Part shown: positions 37,560 through 48,482 of the stretch, piece after piece
Numbering within the stretch: position 1 is the stretch's first letter
How the letters are laid out: each line of letters opens with the position of its first letter
Assembly (NCBI RefSeq): GCF_001194135.2
Contig: NC_068981.1
Location: 12,233,532-12,297,531, forward strand
DNA length: 64,000 nucleotides
Source of the DNA: Octopus bimaculoides
Taxonomy: Eukaryota
Direction: 5' to 3'
The notes under the pieces: model-generated
The model's database searches: none
Seen by the model: only the letters and a program-made list of their open reading frames with translations
What the model was told of the DNA's origin: nothing
Made by a program: the position numbers and the translations under genes

Positions 37560-39790
37560 ATAAGAACTATAGGATTATCAGTAAAAGTAACATCAGGAAC
37601 GCCAACCATGAGGCGTAGAAAATTATGGAGAAATATGACTTACAGATGAAGCCAGAACCTTTTGATCCAAAACAACCTCGTTTTCTTTTAAAAGATTACA
37701 AACTAAATATTTTAATAACCCAACCTTACAACTTCTATGTCCTTCTAGCTGTGATATCGATGTTCTTAGCAAAGATATTCGGATAAATATATTCCTACCT
37801 TAGTTAAAAGATTACAGCTTAATTCGTTCCAAGTTTAATTATATCAATAACAAGAAATGCAGTAACTACATCCAGTTTGGCGTTTCAAGTTTATATTCTT
37901 CTATCAACCCATTTGTACACAACAAGGCACTCTGGCTCACACACAAGAAAGCAGGTCTCGCCGGGGATGAAACTAATGTCGTCTTAGCTGCCAGAAAATC
38001 TATTCTTAAATTCGATAACAGGCTATGCGTCCGTAAAGATGCACCCGACAGTTTTCATGTCACGATGGGGAGTTCTGATTCAGTACAAATCGCTGATGAC
38101 TTGTTCGGTATGTATATCTTTTATGTGATGGCTGACCAATTCCCAAACATGGAGATCTATATCGTGATGACTGTTTACCTTCAAAATGCTTCTAACCCAA
38201 AATTAGAAACGGTTAAGAATTGGTTACTTAAATTTTTCCGAGATATGCGCTTATGCATTGTTTTTGACGATGATGTTACTAATGCCAAGTTTTTGGATAT
38301 TACCCTTCACTTACATAATGAGTCATATTTCTTATATCATAAATCTGCAACTAATTTAAAATATATTAGCTGTTTCATTAATCAATCGAAGGATATTACA
38401 AAGAATGAAATTTTTCACTTAGACTTTCACATTATTTGCAAATGTTGATATCTTCAACGATAAAGCTGAATTTTATAACTCTGCCTTACTTAAAGCAAGC
38501 TATAAAGAAATAACTACCTATATTAACTCAATTTATATTAATTCTACCTGTATTAATCAGGACACGAAATCAAGTCATAACGATATAAACAATATAAATT
38601 TCAGTTCGAATAACAAAGCCAAATCGAGTAAATTAATTCTACAGAGTAAGGGAGATAACCGTTCTTTAAAACCATTTATTCGTTATAAAGGCAAATCGAG
38701 GACGTTAAAAGATTATTGCCCTAATTACAAGGCTTGTCTTAGCAAACCTGTTTGGTTGCTAATTCCATATGTTAAGCAGATCAATTCAACCTACCATACC
38801 TGTTGCGGGAAGCTATAGAAAAGAATTTTCCCCAAAATTCAAGATACTATTCGATTATTAATTCACACCGAATCAGGTTATGGTTTTCTAACAATTCTCC
38901 TTTCAAATATCTTCTCTTTGCATAATAATAAGTTCTGAAATACAAATCCACCTAATCGAAATTGTAACAGTGATATCATTACCACTAACCATTCTTTAAA
39001 TAGTAATAGCAGTACTGTTAATGCTTCTGATCTGGATTCCAATTGCATTCGATTCCTTAGCAGTAATTCTAAAACTAGAAGCTCTATTTTTGAATGTAAC
39101 ATTACTTCCGGTTCTTACGTCTTGTTTTATATAAGTACTGCCTTATCTCCGTTGTCCAAAAGAATATTTAATCTTTATCCCACATTTAGACAATGCTGTG
39201 CTTAAAAATTAATTTGATCTCTAAAGATCATAATAAACAATTTGATTTGGAATGGAATATGCTATCTAAATCATTTCTGTATGATAAAAGTAAATGTTTT
39301 CTTTTTTCGCTCAGTAATGATGAAATGTATTTCCTCCTGTTCTCAGAGTATCCTATTGCAAACGCGTTGAAAGAACGCACTTATCGTAGCAAACATTGGC
39401 AAAAACATACCTTTAATTCTTCCCATTCTATAAATTTCGACCTTTAACTGTCTTCTAACATTTCACTTCCGCTTAATATAATTATTGACCATGCCTGTAA
39501 ACTTTATTCCTATTCACCTCTCGCACTAAAATTCCTCACATTTAATCTTCTGCTAATTTCTTTCTTCCTCCTTCTCTCTCTATAAATTGCCTTTGACATT
39601 ATATATATTAACGGTCCTATATATTTTCGCGGTTTTTTTAAAAATAACATTCCAGCGTTCCATTTATCGTATATGATGTAATCGCATTTGGTTAAAATGT
39701 CTTATTGATAAGTTGTGTCTCTCTCTTTTTACATCATTTTATTACTTGTGGAATAATACCAATGCTTCCTTCGAAACATGTGTCGGAAGT
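37560..39790 (+). mobile_element. Penelope-like element relic (RT plus GIY-YIG plus 3' UTR)
   Basis: MGSSDSVQIAD, FLDITL, DSNCIRFLS and DLEWNMLSKS; ends near a half-hammerhead CTTCC..GAAACATGTGTC-GGAAG (39765-39789). Confidence 0.8.
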
Positions 39791-40326
39791 ATAAAGTTTT
39801 GAATAACATCAGCGTTTAACACTATTTATTTATTTATCTATTTTAATCAAAAACAATTCACCAAAGTCTGGAATTGCTACCTTTATAATAGGCTATTACA
39901 TCGTTGGTACTTGTGTATGTTTTTGCTAATCTTGTAACTGTTTATTTATTTTTTCGGTGTTGTTTGTAAACTTTGAAAATACACACACACACACAAAACA
40001 TTCACACACACACACACACACACACAAAACATTCACACACACACACAGACACATACACACACACACAGAAAACACACACACAAAACATTCACACACACAC
40101 ACATATGTATGTATCTGTATTCACCTACTGACATACATGATTAATAATAATATAAAGTATTTCTGATTTGGGGAATATCATGAATTTTTCCTAAATTTTA
40201 ATTAACCAATCCAATGTAAATTTGTAAATTATCGTAATCAATGATCTTACCCCTTCTTACACTGCCCTTACAACCTCTTTACTCATTATCATATTCAAAT
40301 TATTATTAACAATCTTTACGTATACT

Positions 40327-40498
40327 CGCTGAGCATTTTGTCCGTCTTTATATTCTGGGTTAAAATTGTGCCATGGCCTAATTTGCTTACTATATTTTCA
40401 TGATCTTTTGAAATAAATAAAGATGAAGCCCTGGGATCGATATCATCAACTAACACCCTGCCACTAACTTACAGTTATTGTTCCTGAAATTGGTATTA
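40327..40498 (+). mobile_element. Degenerate SINE downstream of GT31 copy 2, counterpart of 3077-3262
   Basis: Same position and orientation relative to the gene; shares TGCCATGG and CTGGGATCGAT variants with the copy at 3077. Confidence 0.65.
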
Positions 40499-40571
40499 AT
40501 CATGTGTATTAATAATTATATCGGACGAGGCGTATATAAAATACAATTATCAACAATATCCAGAAGTTCCC

Positions 40572-41753
40572 TTATTTCAAAATATTTTTCGTGGCACCGG
40601 AATGATTCATGCGTTCATTTAATACCTTCCACAGTTTGTAAATAATTTTCGTATGAGGTATATGATAAAAAACTACCTTTCTTTTGATGTCCTTTGAAAG
40701 CCCATCCAATGAATCACGAACACCCATTATATAGGCCGAATTATAATTAGTATGTTTTATACCTAGTGCATTGACCAGCATACCAGTTACATAAACATCA
40801 TCGACCCAAAGACGCGGAACTTTTAATGCAATTTTGAGTAAACGGACGGGCATGTCAGGGCTCAAGATATAAGCAGACCCCGAGCAATAAACGTCATAGG
40901 TGTTATTAGAATATTCTTCATGTGAAACATACCACTTACTATTTTTGTTTCTGATGACATGCATTCCAACCCATACATTACATAATATAAATTTTCTCCG
41001 AGCATACTTGTACTGTTGTAGATATCTCAAATGTTTTACCACTTGAAAAATATCGACTAATATATCATCATCTGTTTTCATTATATATGAGATATTGTGG
41101 CAGTTTGTTGCGATCCAACGCAACGCTGCCATTGCTTTGGAATTTAAGTTTCGATATGTGTCGTTGAATTCACTCTGTAATATGTCATTGTAACGGTCAG
41201 ATTCTAATTTGACCATATCCATAACGTGACGGTCTTTGACGACACCCATCACAAATAATAACTTGATTTTAAATTTGCCCAACAGTTTTTTGTCGCCCCA
41301 TGTTTTTCGTACTGCCGTTCGTCGCTTAAAGTTTTTTGGTGCAGTGTGAATATAAACAATCATAAAATCATCAGGGACACATATTAAAGAAGGTTTAATG
41401 ATGTGACGTGAGTAATAAGGCAGTTCTTCTTCTGATGAGCTGTCCGGAAGGGAATTTTGAACTTTCATCGTCTCATTTTGTTTTGACTGTAAACCACCAT
41501 TGACTGTTAATGATAAACCATGCATCAATGAATGATCAGTTTTGTTCCTATTTATATTTTCATCGATTGTGATATTCTTATCTATGGCATTATTACTCAT
41601 TTTTCCCATTTCAAACTCCTGCCGATCCCGCCTCGAAAGCCATGTAACCTTAAAATGTTTCTTCGTAGAAGATATGTGAAGAAGAGTGTAAATTGAAGTG
41701 ATGGTTAGGAAGCGGAGAAATATGCGGAATATTCTGGATCGGCGCAGAAACAT
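40572..41753 (-). CDS. GT31 family beta-1,3-glycosyltransferase, copy 2, 393 aa
   Basis: Intact ORF with RRTAVRKTWG, KTDDD, YCSGSAY, WVDDVYVTG and YHI; clear paralogue of 3321-4535. Confidence 0.95.
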   Translation of the reverse strand: MFLRRSRIFRIFLRFLTITSIYTLLHISSTKKHFKVTWLSRRDRQEFEMGKMSNNAIDKNITIDENINRNKTDHSLMHGLSLTVNGGLQSKQNETMKVQNSLPDSSSEEELPYYSRHIIKPSLICVPDDFMIVYIHTAPKNFKRRTAVRKTWGDKKLLGKFKIKLLFVMGVVKDRHVMDMVKLESDRYNDILQSEFNDTYRNLNSKAMAALRWIATNCHNISYIMKTDDDILVDIFQVVKHLRYLQQYKYARRKFILCNVWVGMHVIRNKNSKWYVSHEEYSNNTYDVYCSGSAYILSPDMPVRLLKIALKVPRLWVDDVYVTGMLVNALGIKHTNYNSAYIMGVRDSLDGLSKDIKRKVVFYHIPHTKIIYKLWKVLNERMNHSGATKNILK

Positions 41754-41817
41754 TACTGCCGTAGTTCATTATATGCACACACTATTTTAGAAAGATGCAC
41801 TCAAATACCAATTTGAA

Positions 41818-41850
41818 CTGTAATAAGGAAATGAAAAATATATTAGCGAA
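41818..41850 (-). promoter_or_regulatory. Splice acceptor upstream of the GT31 copy 2 coding exon
   Basis: Minus strand TAATATATTTTTCATTTCCTTATTACAG with the AG at 41819-41818, homologous to the copy 1 acceptor. Confidence 0.7.
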
Positions 41851-42849
41851 ACAAAAATCAAATTAACATTATGGATTATAGGTATAAATACATATAAGCT
41901 TATATATTCACATATATAAGCATACACACGTACATGCACCTATACATACAAGCATACATATATATTTTTTAAAATTGGCGCAGGTCCGAAGTCGCTCTCA
42001 ACAATATGTTCGCATTCAATCAATATATATANNNNNNNNNNNNNNNNNNNNNNNNNNNNNNNNNNNNNNNNNNNNNNNNNNNNNNNNNNNNNNNNNNNNN
42101 NNNNNNNNNNNNNNNNNNNNNNNNNNNNNNNNNNNNNNNNNNNNNNNNNNNNNNNNNNNNNNNNNNNNNNNNNNNNNNNNNNNNNNNNNNNNNNNNNNNN
42201 NNNNNNNNNNNNNNNNNNNNNNNNNNNNNNNNNNNNNNNNNNNNNNNNNNNNNNNNNNNNNNNNNNNNNNNNNNNNNNNNNNNNNNNNNNNNNNNNNNNN
42301 NNNNNNNNNNNNNNNNNNNNNNNNNNNNNNNNNNNNNNNNNNNNNNNNNNNNNNNNNNNNNNNNNNNNNNNNNNNNNNNNNNNNNNNNNNNNNNNNNNNN
42401 NNNNNNNNNNNNNNNNNNNNNNNNNNNNNNNNNNNNNNNNNNNNNNNNNNNNNNNNNNNNNNNNNNNNNNNNNNNNNNNNNNNNNNNNNNNNNNNNNNNN
42501 NNNNNNNNNNNNNNNNNNNNNNNNNNNNNNNNNNNNNNNNNNNNNNNNNNNNNNNNNNNNNNNNNNNNNNNNNNNNNNNNNNNNNNNNNNNNNNNNNNNN
42601 NNNNNNNNNNNNNNNNNNNNNNNNNNNNNNNNNNNNNNNNNNNNNNNNNNNNNNNNNNNNNNNNNNNNNNNNNNNNNNNNNNNNNNNNNNNNNNNNNNNN
42701 NNNNNNNNNNNNNNNNNNNNNNNNNNNNNNNNNNNNNNNNNNNNNNNNNNNNNNNNNNNNNNNNNNNNNNNNNNNNNNNNNNNNNNNNNNNNNNNNNNNN
42801 NNNNNNNNNNNNNGACAACAAGCAGTGTACATTAAATATCACTGTTCCC

Positions 42850-43430
42850 TTTGCTTATGGCACAGCGGGGACAAGGAAGAATATTATTTCTAACAAATCT
42901 GAGCAACACAAACATCACTTACACTCCGACAAAAAAGAAACAGAGAACAATATGTAAAAACTTTAGATACGATCGGCGAGTGTTTCAAATACGTCACTTC
43001 AAAATTTCCAAGTTCAAATTATGAAAAAAAAAACAAGGCGGGAATTTTCGACGGTCCACGAATAAAGGCATCAACGAAAGGTTGCGATTTTCCTAATGCC
43101 ATGAATGGATGCGAACAAAATGCCTAGTTCTCATTCGTGGAATTGATAGGAAAATTTAAAGGCAAATTAAAGGGCAGATAACTACAAAGTAATCATGAAA
43201 ATAAACCAAATCACTTTTTAAGGGACTACAGAGAGTTACGTTGCAATATGAGCGTAAATATTTATTTTTGGAATAGTCTTCTGGAGCAATTTTCAAGTAA
43301 TTCAAGCTCTGTAAATGACGGACGACAGGAAAGATTCCACGAAGATATGGGAATTGTGGAGTAACTGTATAAATGATGCTGGGATTCCAACATGATGGGT
43401 GATTACTGTTTCATAAGAATGTTTCATAAG
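42850..43430 (+). mobile_element. Chapaev3-like (CMC) DNA transposase relic
   Basis: KAGIFDGPRI, LRCNMSV, GRQERFHEDM and WDSNMMGDYC match the GIFxGP..GCNMS..GERFHQDI..MADYCW pattern. Confidence 0.75.
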
Positions 43431-45059
43431 ATTACTTGATGAGTGTGCTGCCATCAAGAAGCAAATGCGCTAGAAAGTTTTATCAAAGACAATTTTTACC
43501 GGAGAGAAAACTGGTTGTTGCACATTTTCCCACTTTGTGTGGATATTTTATCCTGTTTCTGCAGTTCTATCAGCGTTTGTGCATTTGAAATATACTATTA
43601 TCTTATTTTCATCTCACAATAAACAATCTCATAAATTCCAATCTAGATATAATATCTTCCAACTTACTATCTTGATTTTTCGCTAGGCATAGCTCCAACA
43701 AATATATATATANNNNNNNNNNNNNNNNNNNNNNNNNNNNNNNNNNNNNNNNNNNNNNNNNNNNNNNNNNNNNNNNNNNNNNNNNNNNNNNNNNNNNNNN
43801 NNNNNNNNNNNNNNNNNNNNNNNNNNNNNNNNNNNNNNNNNNNNNNNNNNNNNNNNNNNNNNNNNNNNNNNNNNNNNNNNNNNNNNNNNNNNNNNNNNNN
43901 NNNNNNNNNNNNNNNNNNNNNNNNNNNNNNNNNNNNNNNNNNNNNNNNNNNNNNNNNNNNNNNNNNNNNNNNNNNNNNNNNNNNNNNNNNNNNNNNNNNN
44001 NNNNNNNNNNNNNNNNNNNNNNNNNNNNNNNNNNNNNNNNNNNNNNNNNNNNNNNNNNNNNNNNNNNNNNNNNNNNNNNNNNNNNNNNNNNNNNNNNNNN
44101 NNNNNNNNNNNNNNNNNNNNNNNNNNNNNNNNNNNNNNNNNNNNNNNNNNNNNNNNNNNNNNNNNNNNNNNNNNNNNNNNNNNNNNNNNNNNNNNNNNNN
44201 NNNNNNNNNNNNNNNNNNNNNNNNNNNNNNNNNNNNNNNNNNNNNNNNNNNNNNNNNNNNNNNNNNNNNNNNNNNNNNNNNNNNNNNNNNNNNNNNNNNN
44301 NNNNNNNNNNNNNNNNNNNNNNNNNNNNNNNNNNNNNNNNNNNNNNNNNNNNNNNNNNNNNNNNNNNNNNNNNNNNNNNNNNNNNNNNNNNNNNNNNNNN
44401 NNNNNNNNNNNNNNNNNNNNNNNNNNNNNNNNNNNNNNNNNNNNNNNNNNNNNNNNNNNNNNNNNNNNNNNNNNNNNNNNNNNNNNNNNNNNNNNNNNNN
44501 NNNNNNNNNNNNNNNNNNNNNNNNNNNNNNNNNNNNNNNNNNNNNNNNNNNNNNNNNNNNNNNNNNNNNNNNNNNNNNNNNNNNNNNNNNNNNNNNNNNN
44601 NNNNNNNNNNNNNNNNNNNNNNNNNNNNNNNNNNNNNNNNNNNNNNNNNNNNNNNNNNNNNNNNNNNNNNNNNNNNNNNNNNCAGGGAGTTCATAATAAA
44701 ACATCTAATAGCAAGACAAAAACGAAATAATGGGGTAACTTACGAGCTGAGATGTTACATGGTCAGTGACCGTTAGAAGGTTTGTTTACATAGAAATGTT
44801 AAGGGGTCAACGATATTATTCCATGGGCTTTAGTAATAAGAACGCTAGTTTACATAGAAATATAAAGGGAGGGTGTTTTTGACGTGATGCTAAAGGTTGA
44901 AACCAAAGAGTTATTTGAATATGGGGAGATAAGTATATTGTGGTTCTGTTAAATTAGGGAGAGAGCTAATTGTTGAGTTAAGAAAGGGGGAGGAAGGGAG
45001 TTAACTAAGGTAGTACATCATATGAAGGAACCCAATGACATTAATATGTAGCGAAAAAG

Positions 45060-45704
45060 TAAGTAGAATTGAAAGTAAATGAAACATCGTAGTCTAGTGA
45101 ATGTTTACATATGTGTGTGCGAGCGCGCACATACATGTGTACAAATACGTGCGTGCACGCACAAGTACCGACACATGCATATACACATATACATACACCC
45201 ATGTATACATACCCATAGACACGCATACCCCCATACACATACACACACACACCCATACAGAAACCTTCACATATACATATGCACACACACGCTCACCTAT
45301 ATATACGTGCCTGTATATATACATACATTCCTGTATATATACAAACATGCAAATACCCACACACGCACACACATGCATACGCACACATGCCCATACACAC
45401 ACACACACACACACACGCCCCGTGCTCGTACATGTACACACACATACATATACATATACACATATACTTATGTATACATACCCATTCACACACATACACC
45501 CATACACATACACACACACCCATACCGAAACCCTCACATATACATATGCACACAAACGCACACCTATACGTGCGTACCTGTTTATATACATACTTTCCTG
45601 TATATATGCAAACATGCAAACACCCACACACGCACATACATATGCACGCATGCACATACACACACGCACCCACATTTGTATATATATATATATATACACT
45701 TGTA

Positions 45705-45778
<74 letters not shown>

Positions 45779-45860
45779 TACATGCACACACACACATGCA
45801 CCCATACACACACACTCAAACACACGTATGCATATATGTACACATACACATACACATGTG
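45060..45860. repeat. Complex CA/TA microsatellite with a higher-order repeat of about 270 bp
   Basis: 45230-45390 and 45498-45655 share CCCATAC.GAAACC.TCACATATACATATGCACAC..TTCCTGTATATAT.CAAACATGCAAA. Confidence 0.85.
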
Positions 45861-46020
45861 TTTTGTTTAAGATTATAAAAAATGTTAAGATTAATAACAT
45901 ACTGATTTGAAGCGAAGAACATAAACATGATAAATGAAATAGCATTACCCTGTTATATATTAATATACTTATGTTAGCGCTAATCAATGTAAAAACGAAG
46001 TACAGAGTGTTTTGTTGAGA

Positions 46021-46103
<83 letters not shown>
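46021..46103. repeat. (AAT)n microsatellite, about 27-28 units
   Basis: Directly visible. Confidence 0.95.
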
Positions 46104-46106
<3 letters not shown>

Positions 46107-46343
46107 TATACATGCTAATAAGGAGAAGGTCCGATATAAGACAAAGCAGCTGGTGATACAAGGTAGCCTAAGCTGTGATTACTGGGAAGGAAAAATTAAT
46201 CAACTATAGAAGGGGAAAAGGCAAGTTGTGGTGGATGAAAAAGTGGAAATTATTCATAGGATATTAGTAAAAAAAAATTATAATTATAATAATAACTATA
46301 ATAATAATAATGCTTGAAACCTAACCTGGTAGGAATGATGTAG

Positions 46344-47488
46344 CTAGCGGTAGTAAAAGATGGTATGTTTCTTGAAGTGCTGACAGTGGTACGCCCTCTG
46401 AGTGATTTGGTTAACTAGGTGATTCTTGGAGAACAGGATATAAAAAAGCTCCAAGTTACAAAGAGGGCAGAATTCCCTCCCCTTGTCATAGGGAACTGAG
46501 GTGGCTAGTATGGACCATTCCAAAGAGAATTGCTTATTGCAATCCTTCAGTTCCCAAATAAAATTACTTAGGCCAGTAGTGCTAGCTTTATTTCTATATC
46601 TAAACGACGAATAATGATTCAAGATTCTCTTGGATACCTGTGTCGATGAACTACCTACATAGTATGAGGCATCAGTGTTAGAAGTTACCTTGCATTGATA
46701 CACTAAATTTTGGTCCTTGAATTCGCACTCAAAAACCTGATTCTATTAGGATTTAATTCCGAGATGCTAATCTTATTGCTAATCTTATTATTGTTACAGA
46801 TATTTATGCGATTCCCAATATTGGATATACTACCTGTACCAATATCTAACTGATTAATGCCATCATTTGTGTGCGTTAAATTGTTGGAGTAATTATTATT
46901 GCTACAGGTTTGAGCATTACTAATATTATGATTATGACTAGGATGGCCGTCTATAGATGAATCCAAAAACCTGAGATTGTGGGAAGATATAATCTGTAAC
47001 AAATTTTTGGTGTTCGAAAACCCAAATCTAACCTTATGCGAGTTGATAATTGGGTAATAGTAGGAGCCTTTATGGAAATTCCCACTCACCGCGTCTCGGA
47101 ACTGTCGGACCAAATCTGATTTGACCAGCTTCCCAAACGGGAGTGTGAGCCAGATATTCTTATTATTATCAACAGATCTAGATGTAGTATTAGAGTGGTT
47201 AAACACGTAAGGATGTTTGAATTTGTTAAAGTATTTGGGGCCAGTTGGGGCACTTCTCTTATGTGAGTTAAGAGGATAACCCACTTTCACAGTAAAGTGA
47301 GAAGAATAGGAAGGAATATAAATGGGTTCATCTACGCTAGTAAAGGGGGTATCATGTTGTGTAGAAGGGGGAAGATCACTAGAAGAGTTAATGTACACTA
47401 CCTTTTCCTTATAGAAGTCAGCCTCCTTATTGAAAATTTGGGAGTTAGAAGAAAGTTTGGAAAGCCTAATTGAGATATTACTAACCAA
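46344..47488 (-). pseudogene. Penelope RT-thumb/linker/GIY-YIG coding region with one frameshift
   Basis: ACCAAAATTTAGTGTAT near 46703: restoring one A gives TKNLVYQC, in line with RNSIYQC in the 37133 copy. Confidence 0.8.
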
Positions 47489-48482
47489 ATTACTGGTTAT
47501 ATGTCTTGGATGGTTACTAAAGGGGCTTATGTATTTGAGATTAGTTGAATTGGAATTGGAAATGAGTATTATTGTATAAATCTAAGGTAACGTCCAGAAA
47601 GTTTGCCACAGAGATCTCATCCTTAAAAACAATGCCAAAGCCCATTCTTTTGAAGAATCTGGCTAATCTATTCTTAACTTTTTCATAGGAACATCAAAAT
47701 CCTCCGGAGTATCCTTACGGATCCAAAGTTTATTGTTAAATTTAATGATAGATTTACGGGCCGCTAAAATTACATTAATTTCCTCCCTAAAGAGACCTGC
47801 TTTATTGTGTGCGAACCAAAGCGTTTTGTTAAGGATAATAGGGTTAACAGAGGAGTAGAAACTAGAAATGTCAAACTGTATGAATTTGGTATTATTCTTA
47901 TCCTTGATTGAATTAAACCAATCTATAACTTGAGAAGAGTTAGACCAAAGTTTCAGTTTTAACTTATTAATTATAGTGGGTATATATAAACTAGCGTTGT
48001 AAACTATGTAAACTAGCGTTATTATTACTAAAGCCCATGGAATAATATCGTTGACCCCTTAACATTTCTATGTAAACAAACCTTCTAACGGTCACTGACC
48101 ATGTAACATCTCAGCTCGTAAGTTACCCCATCATTTCGTTTTTGTCTTGCTATTACATGTTTTATTATGAACTCCCTGAAGAGAAATAAATGAGGAACCC
48201 CAACAGCTCTTTCTTCTTTGTGAAAACTACAGCGTTGATTAAAATAACAGTTCACAATACTTAAATATCTGATAAGGACAATTAACATTACCCTCTAAAT
48301 TACACATAAACTTAATGAAACAAACATTTACCAACTACGAAGAATAATAATGTTAGCTCATTAAATATTAAAATATAAAAAAAACAATATAAAACCCCAT
48401 AAAACGTAATAAGTACCATAATTCAAAGTAAATAATACGATGATTTCAATCGAAAATAAAAAGGAATTCATTTATTTACAAA

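Larger units (their letters stand above)
44683..48330 (-). mobile_element. Relatively young, 5'-truncated Penelope-like element with inverted pseudo-LTR segment
   Basis: RT fragments at 47500-48000, ORF 46703-47488, GIY-YIG ORF 46344-46703 (VYQC..YYVG..CPLC..CQH); 44683-44855 is a near-identical reverse complement of 48010-48181. Confidence 0.9.

Noticed and set aside
45041-46209. Several 200-350 aa His/Thr/Tyr/Ile-rich ORFs and a poly-Asn ORF
   Set aside because: Translations of dinucleotide and (AAT)n repeats, open in several frames on both strands.
48176-48235. CTGAAGAG beside the Penelope inverted arm as a complete hammerhead
   Set aside because: The start resembles the 51903 motif, but no stem II adjoining GAAA can be drawn; probably truncated.
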